IMG/VR virus record: IMGVR_UViG_2534681940_000028
From: a virus
Lineage: Duplodnaviria > Heunggongvirae > Uroviricota > Caudoviricetes
Length of the DNA stretch: 46,844 bases
Reading direction: 5' to 3' (one strand)
Part shown: in pieces, positions 28,743 to 40,738 of the stretch
Position numbering within the stretch: position 1 is the stretch's first letter
Layout of the letters: every line of letters begins with the position of its first letter
Program-made: the position numbers and the translations under genes
Notes under the pieces: model-generated
What the model was told of the DNA's origin: nothing
The model's input: the letters and a program-made list of their open reading frames with translations, nothing else
The model's database searches: none

Positions 28743-29117
28743 TTACTCACCAACAGCCCACCAACTGTAATTCATCGATACCGTGTCGCTGGTTGATGAC
28801 GTTCTGTAAGCAGAATTAAAGCCGGTTAACGTTGGGCCTTCTGCAGTCATCACGAACCCTCGCCCAGCGCCTAAAGGCGCACCGCCATCACCAGAATGAG
28901 TAAGCATGGCGCAGTCCGCTTTTTTGGAGAAAGGGATGCTGAATGTAATTCTCATTGTTTGCGTCGATAATGTCGGCGTAACCGCACCACGACCATATTG
29001 CAGGATTTTCCCGTTGGGTAATTTCATCCATCCATCACCACTGGCAAAAGAGGCCATGTCCGGTATCTGATTTTCCCCTGTCCCCACATCCCGTTTTGCC
29101 GCTTCTCCCAAACCAAC
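28743..29117 (-). CDS. alternative tail fibre variable C-terminal segment (promoterless until inversion)
   Basis: Minus-strand frame opens at right crossover site; the LNVGLGE junction parallels ENLGLGE in the expressed fibre. Confidence 0.55.
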   Translation of the reverse strand, partial: VGLGEAAKRDVGTGENQIPDMASFASGDGWMKLPNGKILQYGRGAVTPTLSTQTMRITFSIPFSKKADCAMLTHSGDGGAPLGAGRGFVMTAEGPTLTGFNSAYRTSSTSDTVSMNYSWWAVGE

Positions 29118-29126
29118 GTTTAAGAA
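29092..29126. repeat. invertase crossover site (right; gix/pix-like)
   Basis: Inverted copy CTTCTCCCAAACCAA of the left-site core. Confidence 0.55.
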
Positions 29127-29183
29127 AATGCAGAGATTATGGCTAACTGGCATCATCCCCGGTTTTTACTCAGGGGAATGCTC

Positions 29184-30667
<1,484 letters not shown>

Positions 30668-30747
30668 CTAAGTCTTTGAATTTACATAGTACAAAAAAGA
30701 TACTTTTCCTCATAATGTGAATTAATTTTATGTTTCGTTTGATGATT

Positions 30748-30813
30748 GGACCGGTCTCGAAAACCGGAGTAGGGGCAACTCTACCGGGGGGGCAAATCCC
30801 CCTCTCTCCGCCA
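30748..30813 (+). other. 3' portion of a tRNA-Ser(CGA) gene (serU-like), decayed; presumptive prophage att remnant
   Basis: Anticodon stem-loop CCGGT-CTCGAAA-ACCGG (anticodon CGA), long variable arm, T-arm, acceptor 3' strand and CCA; T-loop reads GGCAAAT not TTCAAAT; no 5' half upstream. Confidence 0.6.
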
Positions 30814-31386
30814 CTTTATCAATGACTTATCTCCCGACTTCCCGCCTTGCTTTTCCTAAACAGAACAATCGTAGAATATTCTTGAAGGGTTAGATCGTCA
30901 CTGTTTTCTGTTCGATACTGTGACATTCAGCACTTGATTCGCTATGGATCTGACAGGAAGGTTTCGAGCGAAAATCTGCAGTTATTCAGTCGTTTTCTTA
31001 TCGGTCACCATTATTCTTTTAGACATTGATCCTACAAAGCTGCCGCAAAGTTGGTGGTGGGAACTGAAGTTGCGTAGAGAAGGGGTCAATACCCGGAGGC
31101 AAACATGGGCTGGCAAAAGTGTAGCGGTATTAGGCGCAGCTATTTAGCCTAGTTATGTTTTATGAAAACTTGATATCATATAAGTGTCTTACTTATTGGC
31201 TGTAAATAAGTTTTTCCTAAGGAATTGTTTCTTGAGTATCATTTGTAACTGTAACGGAATTTATAATCCTTTGCTTTATTGTTACGGTATTTTTTATCAC
31301 ACCCTATTTTTAGTGGTTTTTTATACTGAAGTTTGGCAAAGTGAACTTTATATACATATACTTCATCCTGGTTTCAGTTAAATTGG

Positions 31387-32139
31387 GTGGATGATATGGC
31401 AACTACATGTTCAGTTATATTGATTTTGGAGTCCTTTGATGTTTATTTCGGAAAAGAGAGTGTGTTTCTGGAGAGAGGTTCATCTGTACTTGTCGACTCT
31501 AGCTCTAGAGATTTTTTCCTGACATATCCTGAAAGAGTGATAGTGGCGGATTTTGGCGCTGAGTTTATTAGTCGCTATTTGAAAGCTAATAACTTAAGGG
31601 ATATTTCTGATTGTAGGGAATATCCATCTTATTTAAAAATAAACTTTGCTGACTTCAGTTTAATTAAAGGATTAATTAGTTGGGCTAATCACTGTGCTGA
31701 ATACATAGAAATTTTTGATGAGTCTATTGCTTTTACATGTCTCTCTGCATTTTCTTCTGAAAAACAATTTGGAGTATTTCTGTTTGGATGTTTGAAAAGC
31801 ACAGGGGCTAAAGTTAAAACGATTATTCATACGGATTTATCTGCACCATGGCGTCTTAAGGATATATCATCAAGATTATATCTCAGCGAAAGTTTACTAA
31901 AGAGGAAATTGAAAGAAGAGGGGGTATCATTCAGTAAGATCATACTTGATGAGAGGATGCAAATGGCTGAATATTTACTCAGCACTCGTTGTTATCCTAT
32001 TAGTAAAGTAGCTAAGGTCTGTGGTTATGCCAGTGTCTCATACTTTACTTATGTATTTAGACGTTATTTTGGTGTTTCTCCAAGTCAATACTCTCAGAGG
32101 AGTTCAGAAAGTAAAATTCTTACTCACCAGGGAATCTGA
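31387..32139 (+). CDS. AraC-family transcriptional regulator (AppY/EnvY-like), AT-rich
   Basis: 250 aa; C-terminal AraC HTH (WRLKDISSRLYLSESLLKRKLKEEGVSFSKIILDERMQMAEYLL...CGYASVSYFTYVFRRYFGVSP) resembles AppY as I recall it. Confidence 0.75.
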   Translation: MDDMATTCSVILILESFDVYFGKESVFLERGSSVLVDSSSRDFFLTYPERVIVADFGAEFISRYLKANNLRDISDCREYPSYLKINFADFSLIKGLISWANHCAEYIEIFDESIAFTCLSAFSSEKQFGVFLFGCLKSTGAKVKTIIHTDLSAPWRLKDISSRLYLSESLLKRKLKEEGVSFSKIILDERMQMAEYLLSTRCYPISKVAKVCGYASVSYFTYVFRRYFGVSPSQYSQRSSESKILTHQGI

Positions 32140-32180
32140 TCATTGTTCTTGCCCCCTTATTTCCAGACAGGGGGTGTATC

Positions 32181-32546
32181 TTAAGTTAACGTTACCCGCT
32201 GACGTCGATATTCTCGCGGAGAGCGATAACCCAACGCACTGTGCGGATGGTTTTCATTGTAATGTTCGATCGCCACTGCAAGATTATGCAATGCCGTTCT
32301 TACATTCGGTTTCGGCATGAACGCGATATAGTCTTCCTTCATCGTTTTCACGAACCTTTCTGCAATTCCATTACTCTGAGGACTGCTGATTGCCGTTGTG
32401 CAGGGCTCCAGATTCAACTCTCTGGCGAACTGCCGTGTTTCATGCGCTCTATACGCTGAACCGTTATCTGTCAGCCACTGGATGGACTGTTCCGGTACTT
32501 TATCGCCAAAGCGTTTTTCTATCGCTCCTAACATGACATCCTGCAC
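32181..32546 (-). pseudogene. IS3-family transposase OrfB C-terminal fragment (IS2-like)
   Basis: 121-aa minus-strand ORF with DDE-region tail ...[19 protein letters not shown]...[17 protein letters not shown]; upstream part of the transposase is absent or frame-broken. Confidence 0.6.
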
Positions 32547-32893
32547 TGTCGCTTTATCGTAACCTCCCGTGCTTGCGGCCCAGTCTATGGCTTCACGATC
32601 GCAACAGTCCAGGGCGATTCATCTGGGCCAATCCTCGCTCATAACAGGCATTCACTTCAGTCATGGCAGAAAGGTATGCATGCTGGAGAAGTCGTGAAAG
32701 AAAAGAAGACTGCTGCGCCGTTTGTCGTCACGTTTATCTTCATTGGCTATGCAAGTCGTAATACAAGGTGGGACAAAACTGAGACACATAAGGCCTCGCA
32801 ATGGCTTGCAAGGCTTTACATGTTTTGATGTGGTGGGACGTGTGAGCGCAGTGTTGATGGGGTAATGCTTTGAATTAGAAGCGGATTCTTATA

Positions 32894-32939
32894 ATTCGTA
32901 ATGCGAAGGTCGTAGGTTCGACTCCTATTATCGGCACCA
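32894..32939 (+). other. 3' 46 nt of a tRNA-Thr(CGU) gene (thrW-like); att site of the P4-like element
   Basis: ATTCGTAATGCGAAGGTCGTAGGTTCGACTCCTATTATCGGCACCA: anticodon CGT, T-arm GTAGG-TTCGACT-CCTAT, acceptor strand, CCA; 5' half missing. Confidence 0.65.
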
Positions 32940-33101
32940 TCTCAACTTCCTCAAACGTCCGTATTAGTCCATAAAATCTCTGATTTATAACATTTTTTAT
33001 TCTTTTAAGTCCATAGTAGTCCGTAACCATCCAGTAGAATCCGGTACTGAATGTGTATAGGATTGTGTATATGTTCCTGTTCGGTCTGGATTCCTATACA
33101 C

Positions 33102-34283
33102 ATGCCTTTAAACGATATGCAGATTCGCCGCGCTAAGCCTGAAGCTAAAGCCTATACATTTGGAGATGGGCTAGGGTTGTCATTACTTATAGAACCTAAT
33201 GGAAGCAAGAGTTGGCGGTTCCGCTATCGCTATGCCGGCAAACCCAAAATGATCTCGCTTGGTGTTTACCCAACGATCACCCTTGCCGATGCTCGTTCCC
33301 GTCGTGATGAAGCTCGAAAACTTGTGGCAGAAGGAAAGAACCCTAGTGAGGTTCGAAAAGAGCAAAAGCTAGCTATGCAAACAGAGTCAGAGAACGCCTT
33401 CGAAAAGATAGCCAGAGAGTGGCATCAACTTAAATCTGCTAAATGGTCGGCGGGATATGCATCAGACATCATGGAAGCGTTTAAGAACGACATTTTTCCT
33501 TATGTCGGAACAAGGCCTGTGGGAGAGATTAAACCGCTAGAGCTGCTGAACGTTCTGCGTAAAATTGAGAAACGTGGTGCGTTGGAGAAAATGCGCAAAG
33601 TGCGGCAGCGTTGCTCCGAAGTGTTTCGCTACGCAATTGCAACGGGTAGGGCGGAGTACAATCCTGCGGCTGATCTCTCCAGCGCTCTCGAAGTACACCA
33701 ATCCAATCATTTCCCATTCCTAAAAGCTGATGAGATACCTGATTTTCTACGTGCCTTAGAGGGTTACTCCGGGAGTAAGCTTGTCCAGATAGCCACGAAA
33801 TTACTGATGATTACGGGTGTGAGAACCATCGAATTACGCGCGGCATTATGGCAAGAATTTGATCTGGATAACGCTATTTGGGAAATTCCTGCTGAAAGGA
33901 TGAAAATGCGTAGGCCACATCTTGTGCCCTTATCATCTCAAGCGGTAGATTTACTCAATGAACTCAAGATCATGACAGGGAACTATCGTTATGTTTTTCC
34001 AGGGCGGAACGATCCGAATAGGCCAATGAGCGAAGCGAGTATAAATCAAGCCATTAAGCGTATTGGGTATGGAGGAAAAGTCACTGGACATGGTTTTCGT
34101 CATACCCTTTCTACAATCCTGCATGAGCAAGGTTTTGAGAGTGCTTGGATTGAAATCCAGTTGGCTCATGTAGATAAAAATTCTATTAGGGGGACTTATA
34201 ACCATGCTCAATATTTTAGTGGAAGGAAGTCTATGATGGACTGGTACAGTAATTTGATATTTGAAAGACTAAAAAGGAGTTAA
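33102..34283 (+). CDS. tyrosine integrase (P4-like)
   Basis: 393 aa from ATG 33102; N-terminal arm-binding region MQIRRAKPEAKAYTFGDGLGLSLLIEPNGSKSWRFRYRYAGK; C-terminal R...HxxR...Y catalytic region; directly downstream of tRNA fragment. Confidence 0.85.
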   Translation: MPLNDMQIRRAKPEAKAYTFGDGLGLSLLIEPNGSKSWRFRYRYAGKPKMISLGVYPTITLADARSRRDEARKLVAEGKNPSEVRKEQKLAMQTESENAFEKIAREWHQLKSAKWSAGYASDIMEAFKNDIFPYVGTRPVGEIKPLELLNVLRKIEKRGALEKMRKVRQRCSEVFRYAIATGRAEYNPAADLSSALEVHQSNHFPFLKADEIPDFLRALEGYSGSKLVQIATKLLMITGVRTIELRAALWQEFDLDNAIWEIPAERMKMRRPHLVPLSSQAVDLLNELKIMTGNYRYVFPGRNDPNRPMSEASINQAIKRIGYGGKVTGHGFRHTLSTILHEQGFESAWIEIQLAHVDKNSIRGTYNHAQYFSGRKSMMDWYSNLIFERLKRS

Positions 34284-34286
34284 TTT

Positions 34287-35290
34287 GTGTCTCAACCACT
34301 TTCGGAAATATTGACATGGGATGATGAACAATGGGAGGTATTTGTCCATGATTGGCTTATTGTCTGTAAATCAGATGATTACCCGTGGAGCGAACGTTTG
34401 GGAGGAGCTGGAGATAAAGGTAGAGACGTTGTTGGATATAAATCGGATCCTAACGTAGAAGGTTATTCTTGGGATAATTATCAATGCAAACTGTACAAAA
34501 AAAGTTTAGGGTTCTCTGATGTTGTAGTTGAGTTTGGAAAACTTATCTATTTTACTCTGAATGGTGATTATCCCATCCCTCAGAAGTACTTTTTTGTGGC
34601 ACCCTATGATTTATCTACTACATTTTCTAATTTATTGAAAAATAAAAACGAGCTTAAAAAAGCAGTCCTTGATTCATGGGATTCAGCAATTTCAAAAAAT
34701 AACTAAAAAGATTGATATTCCATTAGATGATGAAATAAAAAATATATTGAGGATTTTGATTTTAGTATTTTTTACTCTCTACCCTTATCATTGATTTTAA
34801 ATGATATTGCAAATACACACCTTTATTTTAAGTACTTTAACGAGCTGTATGTCGTGAGAATCCCTCCAAATGAAATTCCAACATACAATTCAAAAAAGAG
34901 TCTGTATATGTTAATGCACTGCTTCAAGCCTATTCAGAGCATGGAAATAAAACTTATAGTTCTTTCTTAGAGCTTGATGATCCATACAGACGACACTTTA
35001 ATAATAGTAGAAATGATTTTTATTTTGCATCTTCGCTTGAGGTTTTTGTCCGCGAAGTATTTAAAGATGATGTATTCAAAGCATTGAAATGTTACATTTC
35101 ATCTTCAATTGAACCCGTCTTTTATGAAGACCATAATTATGCATTTATTAGGTGTAATGCAGTCTTGAAGCAGGCTGTTCTGACACCAATTGCACATTCA
35201 GTACTATCAAAAATATGTGAAGCAAATGATAAAAAAGGAATATGCCATCATTTGGTTAATGATGGTGAAGTAATTTGGACGGTGAGATAA
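34287..35290 (+). pseudogene. Lamassu/ABC-3C-like effector with N-terminal Mrr-type restriction-endonuclease domain, frameshift-disrupted
   Basis: First 139 aa intact with GAGDKGRDVVGY...YQCKLY (Mrr-cat-like); coding continues in at least three other frames to 35290. Confidence 0.4.
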
Positions 35291-35748
35291 TGGTTAGAAT
35301 TTATAATTCAAGTTTAGAAGTGGCATGTCGAATGGCGAAAGTGCTCGTCGCTATTTATCCTTCTTCATTAAGCCTTGAACGGCTTATTTGTTTTGATTTT
35401 ATTTTAGTAAATCTTAAGGATTTTTTACCTGAAGAGATTAGTCTTCATCCTCCAATACCCCGTAGAGATGCTCAGTTAGCCCTAAAACGAGAGATTGTTT
35501 TAGAATCATTGGCTTTGTTGCAAGGCTATGAACTAGCCTCAAAAATTTATACACATCGTGGTTTTGTATATAAAGCTTCTGAAAAAACATATGCATTTAC
35601 AAATTCTCTACATAATGAATATGTTGCGCAGATGGAGCATAATATAAATTTGGTGGTTAAGTTATATAGTGATATTCCTGATGAGCAGTTGCAATCAATT
35701 ATAAAAAATAAAATTGGCAAATATGATATGGAATTTAATTATGAATGA
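35290..35748 (+). CDS. small middle-component protein of the three-gene cassette
   Basis: 152 aa from ATG 35290 (TTG 35275 alternative); start overlaps upstream stop, stop overlaps downstream ATG (ATGAATGA). Confidence 0.4.
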   Translation: MVRIYNSSLEVACRMAKVLVAIYPSSLSLERLICFDFILVNLKDFLPEEISLHPPIPRRDAQLALKREIVLESLALLQGYELASKIYTHRGFVYKASEKTYAFTNSLHNEYVAQMEHNINLVVKLYSDIPDEQLQSIIKNKIGKYDMEFNYE

Positions 35749-37557
35749 CAATTTTTTTACGTTCAGAAAAATAAAGGTAACCGGATTCAATAAATTAGAT
35801 GCTATAATTGAATTTGGTTCTAAATTGACTATTTTATATGGTGGTTCTGACTCTGGAAAAACATACATATATTATTTGATTCGATATTTATTAGGGAGTG
35901 AAAAACTAAAAATAAAGATATCGATCATGCTCAAGGTTATGATTTAGCCTATCTGGAATTTAATTTTCAAGGTAGGGTAATGACAATTGAGAGGTCTCTT
36001 CAGGATAGCGCCCATTACAGATTATATGATTCGAGCATTGAAAATGTTAGTGAAGCTAATCTGTTGATGGTTTTTTCCAAAAGTGCTTCGTCTAAAAAGA
36101 GTTTTTCATCATACTTTTATGGTAGGTTGAATTTCAAAGAGGCTAAAGTAAGAACAAACTTAAGTAATACTCTTCATAAATTTAATCTTAATAATGTTTT
36201 TGAATTTTTTGTATTGATGAATTAAGAGTGTTAACTGAGAAGTCGTTAATTCTTTCTGATATTCCTAGCGAGGAGACAAAAAGAAAGTCTGAATTTAAAT
36301 TCCTTTTAACTCAGAGAGATGATACTAACTCCTTAGCAGAAAAACCAAATAAAAAAGCAAGATATTTTTAAAAAAATCAAATTGCAAATATTTATGAGGA
36401 ATTGAAAGCGCAATTAATTTATCCTGAATATGATCAAGTCATTGTTTCAAGAGAACTTGAGAAAGTAGAGCAAGATATTGAATCATCGAAAGATATATTG
36501 AAAGGTATTGTTGATGCACTTGATGATAAGAAGCAATTATTAAAAGAGTTAAGTGATGAATTATATTCAATCAGTGACAGGGAAAAATACTTATCATTAC
36601 TCATTGAAAGATTTAGTCTTCTTAAAGACCAATACTTTATAGATCTACAAAGAATAGATGTTGTATCACAGGCGAATTTCTATTTAAATAATTTTGCAGA
36701 TATTTATTGTGAGTTCTGTAATACACCGCAAAAAAAGAAAATGAAATATCATATGATGATTGTTTTTTGTCGTGTAATGCAGAAAAATTGAAAATCAAAA
36801 GCCAGCTGAAAGGATTAATTGAATCAATCGGATCTAATGTTCGCGAACATGAATTAATTATGTTAAGAAAAAATGATGTTAATGAAATTTATCAATCAGA
36901 AAAAAGTGATTTTAAGACGTTAGAAGATAAAAATATAAAACAATACATTCATCTCTTGAATCACTTTATGAATATAAAGACAATCTTTTAATGGATCACA
37001 CAAAACATAGCATTCTATCTTCATTACAAGATAAAGAAGATGATGTTGACGAACTTAAATACTCCGCCGAGGACTTTGACTCCTTAACAGTAGCTGATTT
37101 GTATGATATAGAAATAGCGATGCAAGACTTTTTGAATGATATAAATTTTGAAAATTCTAAAGATAACAAAGTGCGATTTGACGAAGATACATATGACTTT
37201 AATATCAATGGGAAACGCCGAGGAATGTTTGGTAAAGGTACCCGTGCAGTAATGCATGCTATATTTACCATTTGCTTTGCGGAATTTTTATCAAGAAAAG
37301 GGAATCCATTCATTGGATTTGTTGTGCTTGATAGTCCATTAGTGACGCACTTTGATAAAGATAGAGGGGGTTCTCTATCGGATGTTAATAGCGTCAGTCT
37401 CAGTGATTCATTTTATCACGCATTAATCAAAAGGGACTATAATTTCCAGATTGTAATTCTTGAGAATAAAGGTCCGACGTTCCAAATAAAAATTAATGAT
37501 GCAAATAAAATCCATAACTTAAATAAGAATGGAAGCTCTGGTTTTTATCCTGTTTAA
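35741..37557 (+). pseudogene. SMC-like ABC ATPase (LmuB-like), frameshift-disrupted
   Basis: N-terminal Walker A GGSDSGKT; middle coiled-coil pieces; C-terminal Walker B-like IGFVVLDSPL; split over five ORF fragments in different frames. Confidence 0.5.
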
Positions 37558-37966
37558 TACATTAAAAATATAACTGCTAATTGGGGTGCTCGAAATTATA
37601 TTTCGTTTCGAGCGCTCAGTTCATTTCTAAATAATTTGCAAAATTATTTTGGGTACTTTCGCCTCTACACTTCCTTCGGGTGGTTCCACAATAATGGATC
37701 TCACCGGCGTTTGATATTTTATAATCTAACCCCTTAGCGCGCGCAGCCCCCCACGCCTGCTCGCTTCGCTTAACAGACTGGTTTTCATGCATTCCGCAAA
37801 TCGTCTCAGAAGCCACCACACAAGGGCTTTCGCGTCAAAAATGGTGCATGAGAATCATGCGTTTTCATGCGCTATAGACATGCACTCATGCGCTCTCAGG
37901 CCAGCCAGGGAAAAGGCGTAAAAAATCCCAGTACTGGACCGGGATTACGTGGGCTTTTTTTGCTAA

Positions 37967-38239
37967 TCAGACAGGAATTTGCTGACGGCTTGACAGCTTT
38001 GACGCGGAGCCATAGCGATTGAGAGTTTGCTGTTGTTTTTCCGGCATTTGTGCTTTCTCTGATTCCTGTTCATTGCGCCGGGGCTTCATGATTATCGTAT
38101 CCACACTTTCCAGTGCGGTAAATGTGTAGGAACATTCAAGATTCTGGCACTGATACCATGAGCGTTTAACCGATGGTGCTTCATAGGCGGAGGTTCTGGC
38201 GTGTGCCGTCGTACCGCATTCGGGACATTTAAGTGCCAT
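37967..38239 (-). CDS. Ogr/Delta-family zinc-finger late transcription activator
   Basis: 90 aa; CPECGTTAHARTS...YQCQNLECSYTF four-Cys motif as in P2 Ogr / P4 Delta. Confidence 0.75.
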   Translation of the reverse strand: MALKCPECGTTAHARTSAYEAPSVKRSWYQCQNLECSYTFTALESVDTIIMKPRRNEQESEKAQMPEKQQQTLNRYGSASKLSSRQQIPV

Positions 38240-38244
38240 TAATA

Positions 38245-38796
38245 TTACTCCTGCATGCCGTTAATGTAATCCAGACGTTGCTGAAAGCGCAGTTGTTGTG
38301 CAGGGGTGTAAGAGCTCTGGCAATCACGAACCATCATGGGGTCAGGCATCACACCGGATTCATCCAGAATCATACGATAATCCCCGGCAATTTCAGGCGG
38401 TGTTATTGCCAGCTGGCGAACCAGAGCATTGCGTAATATACGGGACGCAACGTCAACCCCTCCGCGCCCCTTCAGGAACGGAGCCAGTGCAGATGTCAGG
38501 GCTGCTCCATTCGCCTGCATAAAATTGCTGAGAGCGTCTTCTGTGCAGGCCTCCATCAGTTGATGCTGCGAGTAAATGCATTCGCGCGCAGCACAGTTAA
38601 TTTGCCATTTCAGCACATCCAGATGTTCCCGCTGTAATTCGAGCTGTCGAGCATAATCTGCTGGTTTTTCCATGGCAGTGAGGAGTGATTCTATCTGTTG
38701 TTCAACGGCTTTTCGGCTCTCACTATGTCCAGCCCACAGAATACGGGCATTTCTAAAACTGATAAGCGCTTGGTCTGGAGTGACTCGGGCCATCAT
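38245..38796 (-). CDS. Psu-like polarity suppression / capsid decoration protein
   Basis: 183 aa; size and motifs (ANGAALTSALAP, TPAQ) resemble P4 Psu as I recall it; gene order sid-psu-delta. Confidence 0.55.
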   Translation of the reverse strand: MMARVTPDQALISFRNARILWAGHSESRKAVEQQIESLLTAMEKPADYARQLELQREHLDVLKWQINCAARECIYSQHQLMEACTEDALSNFMQANGAALTSALAPFLKGRGGVDVASRILRNALVRQLAITPPEIAGDYRMILDESGVMPDPMMVRDCQSSYTPAQQLRFQQRLDYINGMQE

Positions 38797-39545
38797 ACTG
38801 CTTTCTCCTTCTCAGCACGTTCCTGACGAACCTTCATTTTATGCATAGCTGCTGGAGAGAGTTTATTACTGAAATCCAGACGGGCCGCATAATCCGGGGC
38901 AACTCCCGCCAGTTTAAACACGGGGTCCTGTTCGGGCATCGCATCGTTAGTCAGAGCCGGTCTGGTGATATGTTTATGAATAAAATCTTTCAGCAGTGTG
39001 TCCGGGTCATTAACTGAATGCACCACACCGACAACTGCGCTGGCTTCCCTGCCCATTGTTGATTTGAGCAGGCTTAGTGTCTGGATTAGTGCTTTTCCAT
39101 GCGACTGCATAAAATCTTCCCAGATTTGTTTTGCGCGAATACCCACAAGGGTGTCGTGCGCGTGGATATACTTTCCGGCTAATTCCGCAGCCTCCTGCGG
39201 CAAAAGTGCATTTTCGCTTTCCTGAGCCGCCAGCAGCTCATCAAAATCCTCAAGCGTTTCTCGTCCCAGCGCAATTTCCGTGCGCAGTTTTTTCATTTCC
39301 TTTGAGACTACGCCCTGACTTTCACGAAATAGCGTGCGCCACTCCTCATTCAGGGCGTTCGTCGTGGCTTCCATTTCAGCGCGGCGCTGGCGGATTGTCG
39401 CAATATTATCCGCTGCCGCTTTTTGCTGACGACGTGCTTCAAGCCATGCAGATTTGGTGGCATTCACTTTCTCAAGCGCCTGTTGCGTCGAAACAGGGAT
39501 AGAAATTTCAACGATCGGGTTATTGTTCTGTTCTGGGATTGTCAT
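38793..39545 (-). CDS. Sid-like capsid size determination protein
   Basis: 250-aa alpha-helical, charged protein at head of the sid-psu-delta operon; assignment by position and composition. Confidence 0.45.
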   Translation of the reverse strand: MTIPEQNNNPIVEISIPVSTQQALEKVNATKSAWLEARRQQKAAADNIATIRQRRAEMEATTNALNEEWRTLFRESQGVVSKEMKKLRTEIALGRETLEDFDELLAAQESENALLPQEAAELAGKYIHAHDTLVGIRAKQIWEDFMQSHGKALIQTLSLLKSTMGREASAVVGVVHSVNDPDTLLKDFIHKHITRPALTNDAMPEQDPVFKLAGVAPDYAARLDFSNKLSPAAMHKMKVRQERAEKEKAV

Positions 39546-40477
39546 GTCAGCACCTAGTGGTTTGTCGTGGTGTCAATTGTGCTGTGATGCATACAAAGCT
39601 GCCATTGAACGCCATTGTGCGAGCGACAAGACAAAGACTGAACCGCCCCGGACCTCTTTTGGCTAGCCAGAAAAGGCCTCGTTTAACTAAGGCTGTTTCA
39701 GACTTACCTTAACTATTCACTACTATTCACTTAGGTAAAAAAATAGGTAATACAGAAGGTTATAAGGTGAAGGGTTGGCATGGCAGTATTCATCGACTGT
39801 TCATAACTGTTCACATGGGAATAAAATTATTTATGGTATTTTTTCATAATGGGTGGTTTTTTTATTCCTCGTAGCTATTTGTTTTTTGCTCCTCACCACT
39901 ATTCACCCTTATTCAGGAGTATTCAACAGGCACATAAATAGACTGCATGTTTTTGCCGGGGAATAACATTTTCGCCTCTGGCCATGGTGTTGCATTTCAT
40001 ACTGATTTTTATAAAACTAGATCTGTCCGGTTCTTTATGGATTCATTCGGATATATTTTACGATTTAAGGTGATGTTATTTAATATCAAGGTTTTTATGC
40101 AGGCCCAATGTTTATAAGTTGGATGCGATTCAAAAATATGCCCGGAAATTGGGGCCTGCAATGCAAGGCCTCGTGTAGAAGTTGTACTGCCTTGCTGTAT
40201 TGGCGGTGGGGTTAGCACTATCAGGTGCAATGACCCATAGGATAGTAAACCCTGGGTGAATGGTAGTTCCTATTAATGCTCCTGTATTTATAGTCCGCAG
40301 GCATGGTATTTATTATGTCATTTTATATGGTTTAATCGGGCTTTAAATTCCATAAAATCAATATGTGACGCTAAATAAAAAATGCGTGCGCAGGTGGTTT
40401 ATATACACATAATAAGGAACTACCTGAACCCGGATAAATTCATCCGGACTGTTGTGGAAATTAAAGAGGGTAGATAA

Positions 40478-40738
40478 ATGCGTAATATTTCTGTGTCTGC
40501 GCCAGCTCCTGCTGCGCCATTATTTCCTGTATCGAACCATCATGAGCGATTTTTACGCCTGCCTGAGGTGATGCACTTATGCGGGTTGTCCCGTTCGACC
40601 GTTTACGACCTGATCAGCCGCGATGCGTTTCCGAAGCAGATCCCGCTTGGCGGTAAAAATGTCGCCTGGGCACAGTCTGAGGTCAGCGCATGGATGGCGG
40701 ACCGCATCAGCGCCCGTGGGCGGGGATGTGATGCATGA
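40478..40738 (+). CDS. AlpA-family regulator / excisionase-like HTH protein
   Basis: 86 aa; [40 protein letters not shown] matches AlpA/Vis-type HTH. Confidence 0.6.
   Translation: MRNISVSAPAPAAPLFPVSNHHERFLRLPEVMHLCGLSRSTVYDLISRDAFPKQIPLGGKNVAWAQSEVSAWMADRISARGRGCDA

Larger units (their letters stand above)
27224..29117. other. invertible DNA segment (tail-fibre host-range switch)
   Basis: Bounded by inverted 15-bp cores; contains 3' end of fibre gene plus tfa on + strand and alternative tfa plus fibre 3' end on - strand; invertase gene adjacent. Confidence 0.55.

Noticed and set aside
30944-31147. 67-aa plus-strand ORF between the tRNA-Ser fragment and the AraC gene
   Set aside because: No RBS, odd composition, lies in probable promoter/UTR DNA of the AraC gene
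37616-37819. 67-aa minus-strand ORF between the ABC ATPase remnant and delta
   Set aside because: No clear translation signals or family resemblance; region also contains hairpins and may be the satellite cos or terminator region; left unannotated
39578-39595. TGT-N12-ACA dyad upstream of sid resembling an Ogr/Delta activator site
   Set aside because: Centre is only ~41 bp upstream of the sid start codon, too close for the usual -55 placement; the motif is short and could be chance
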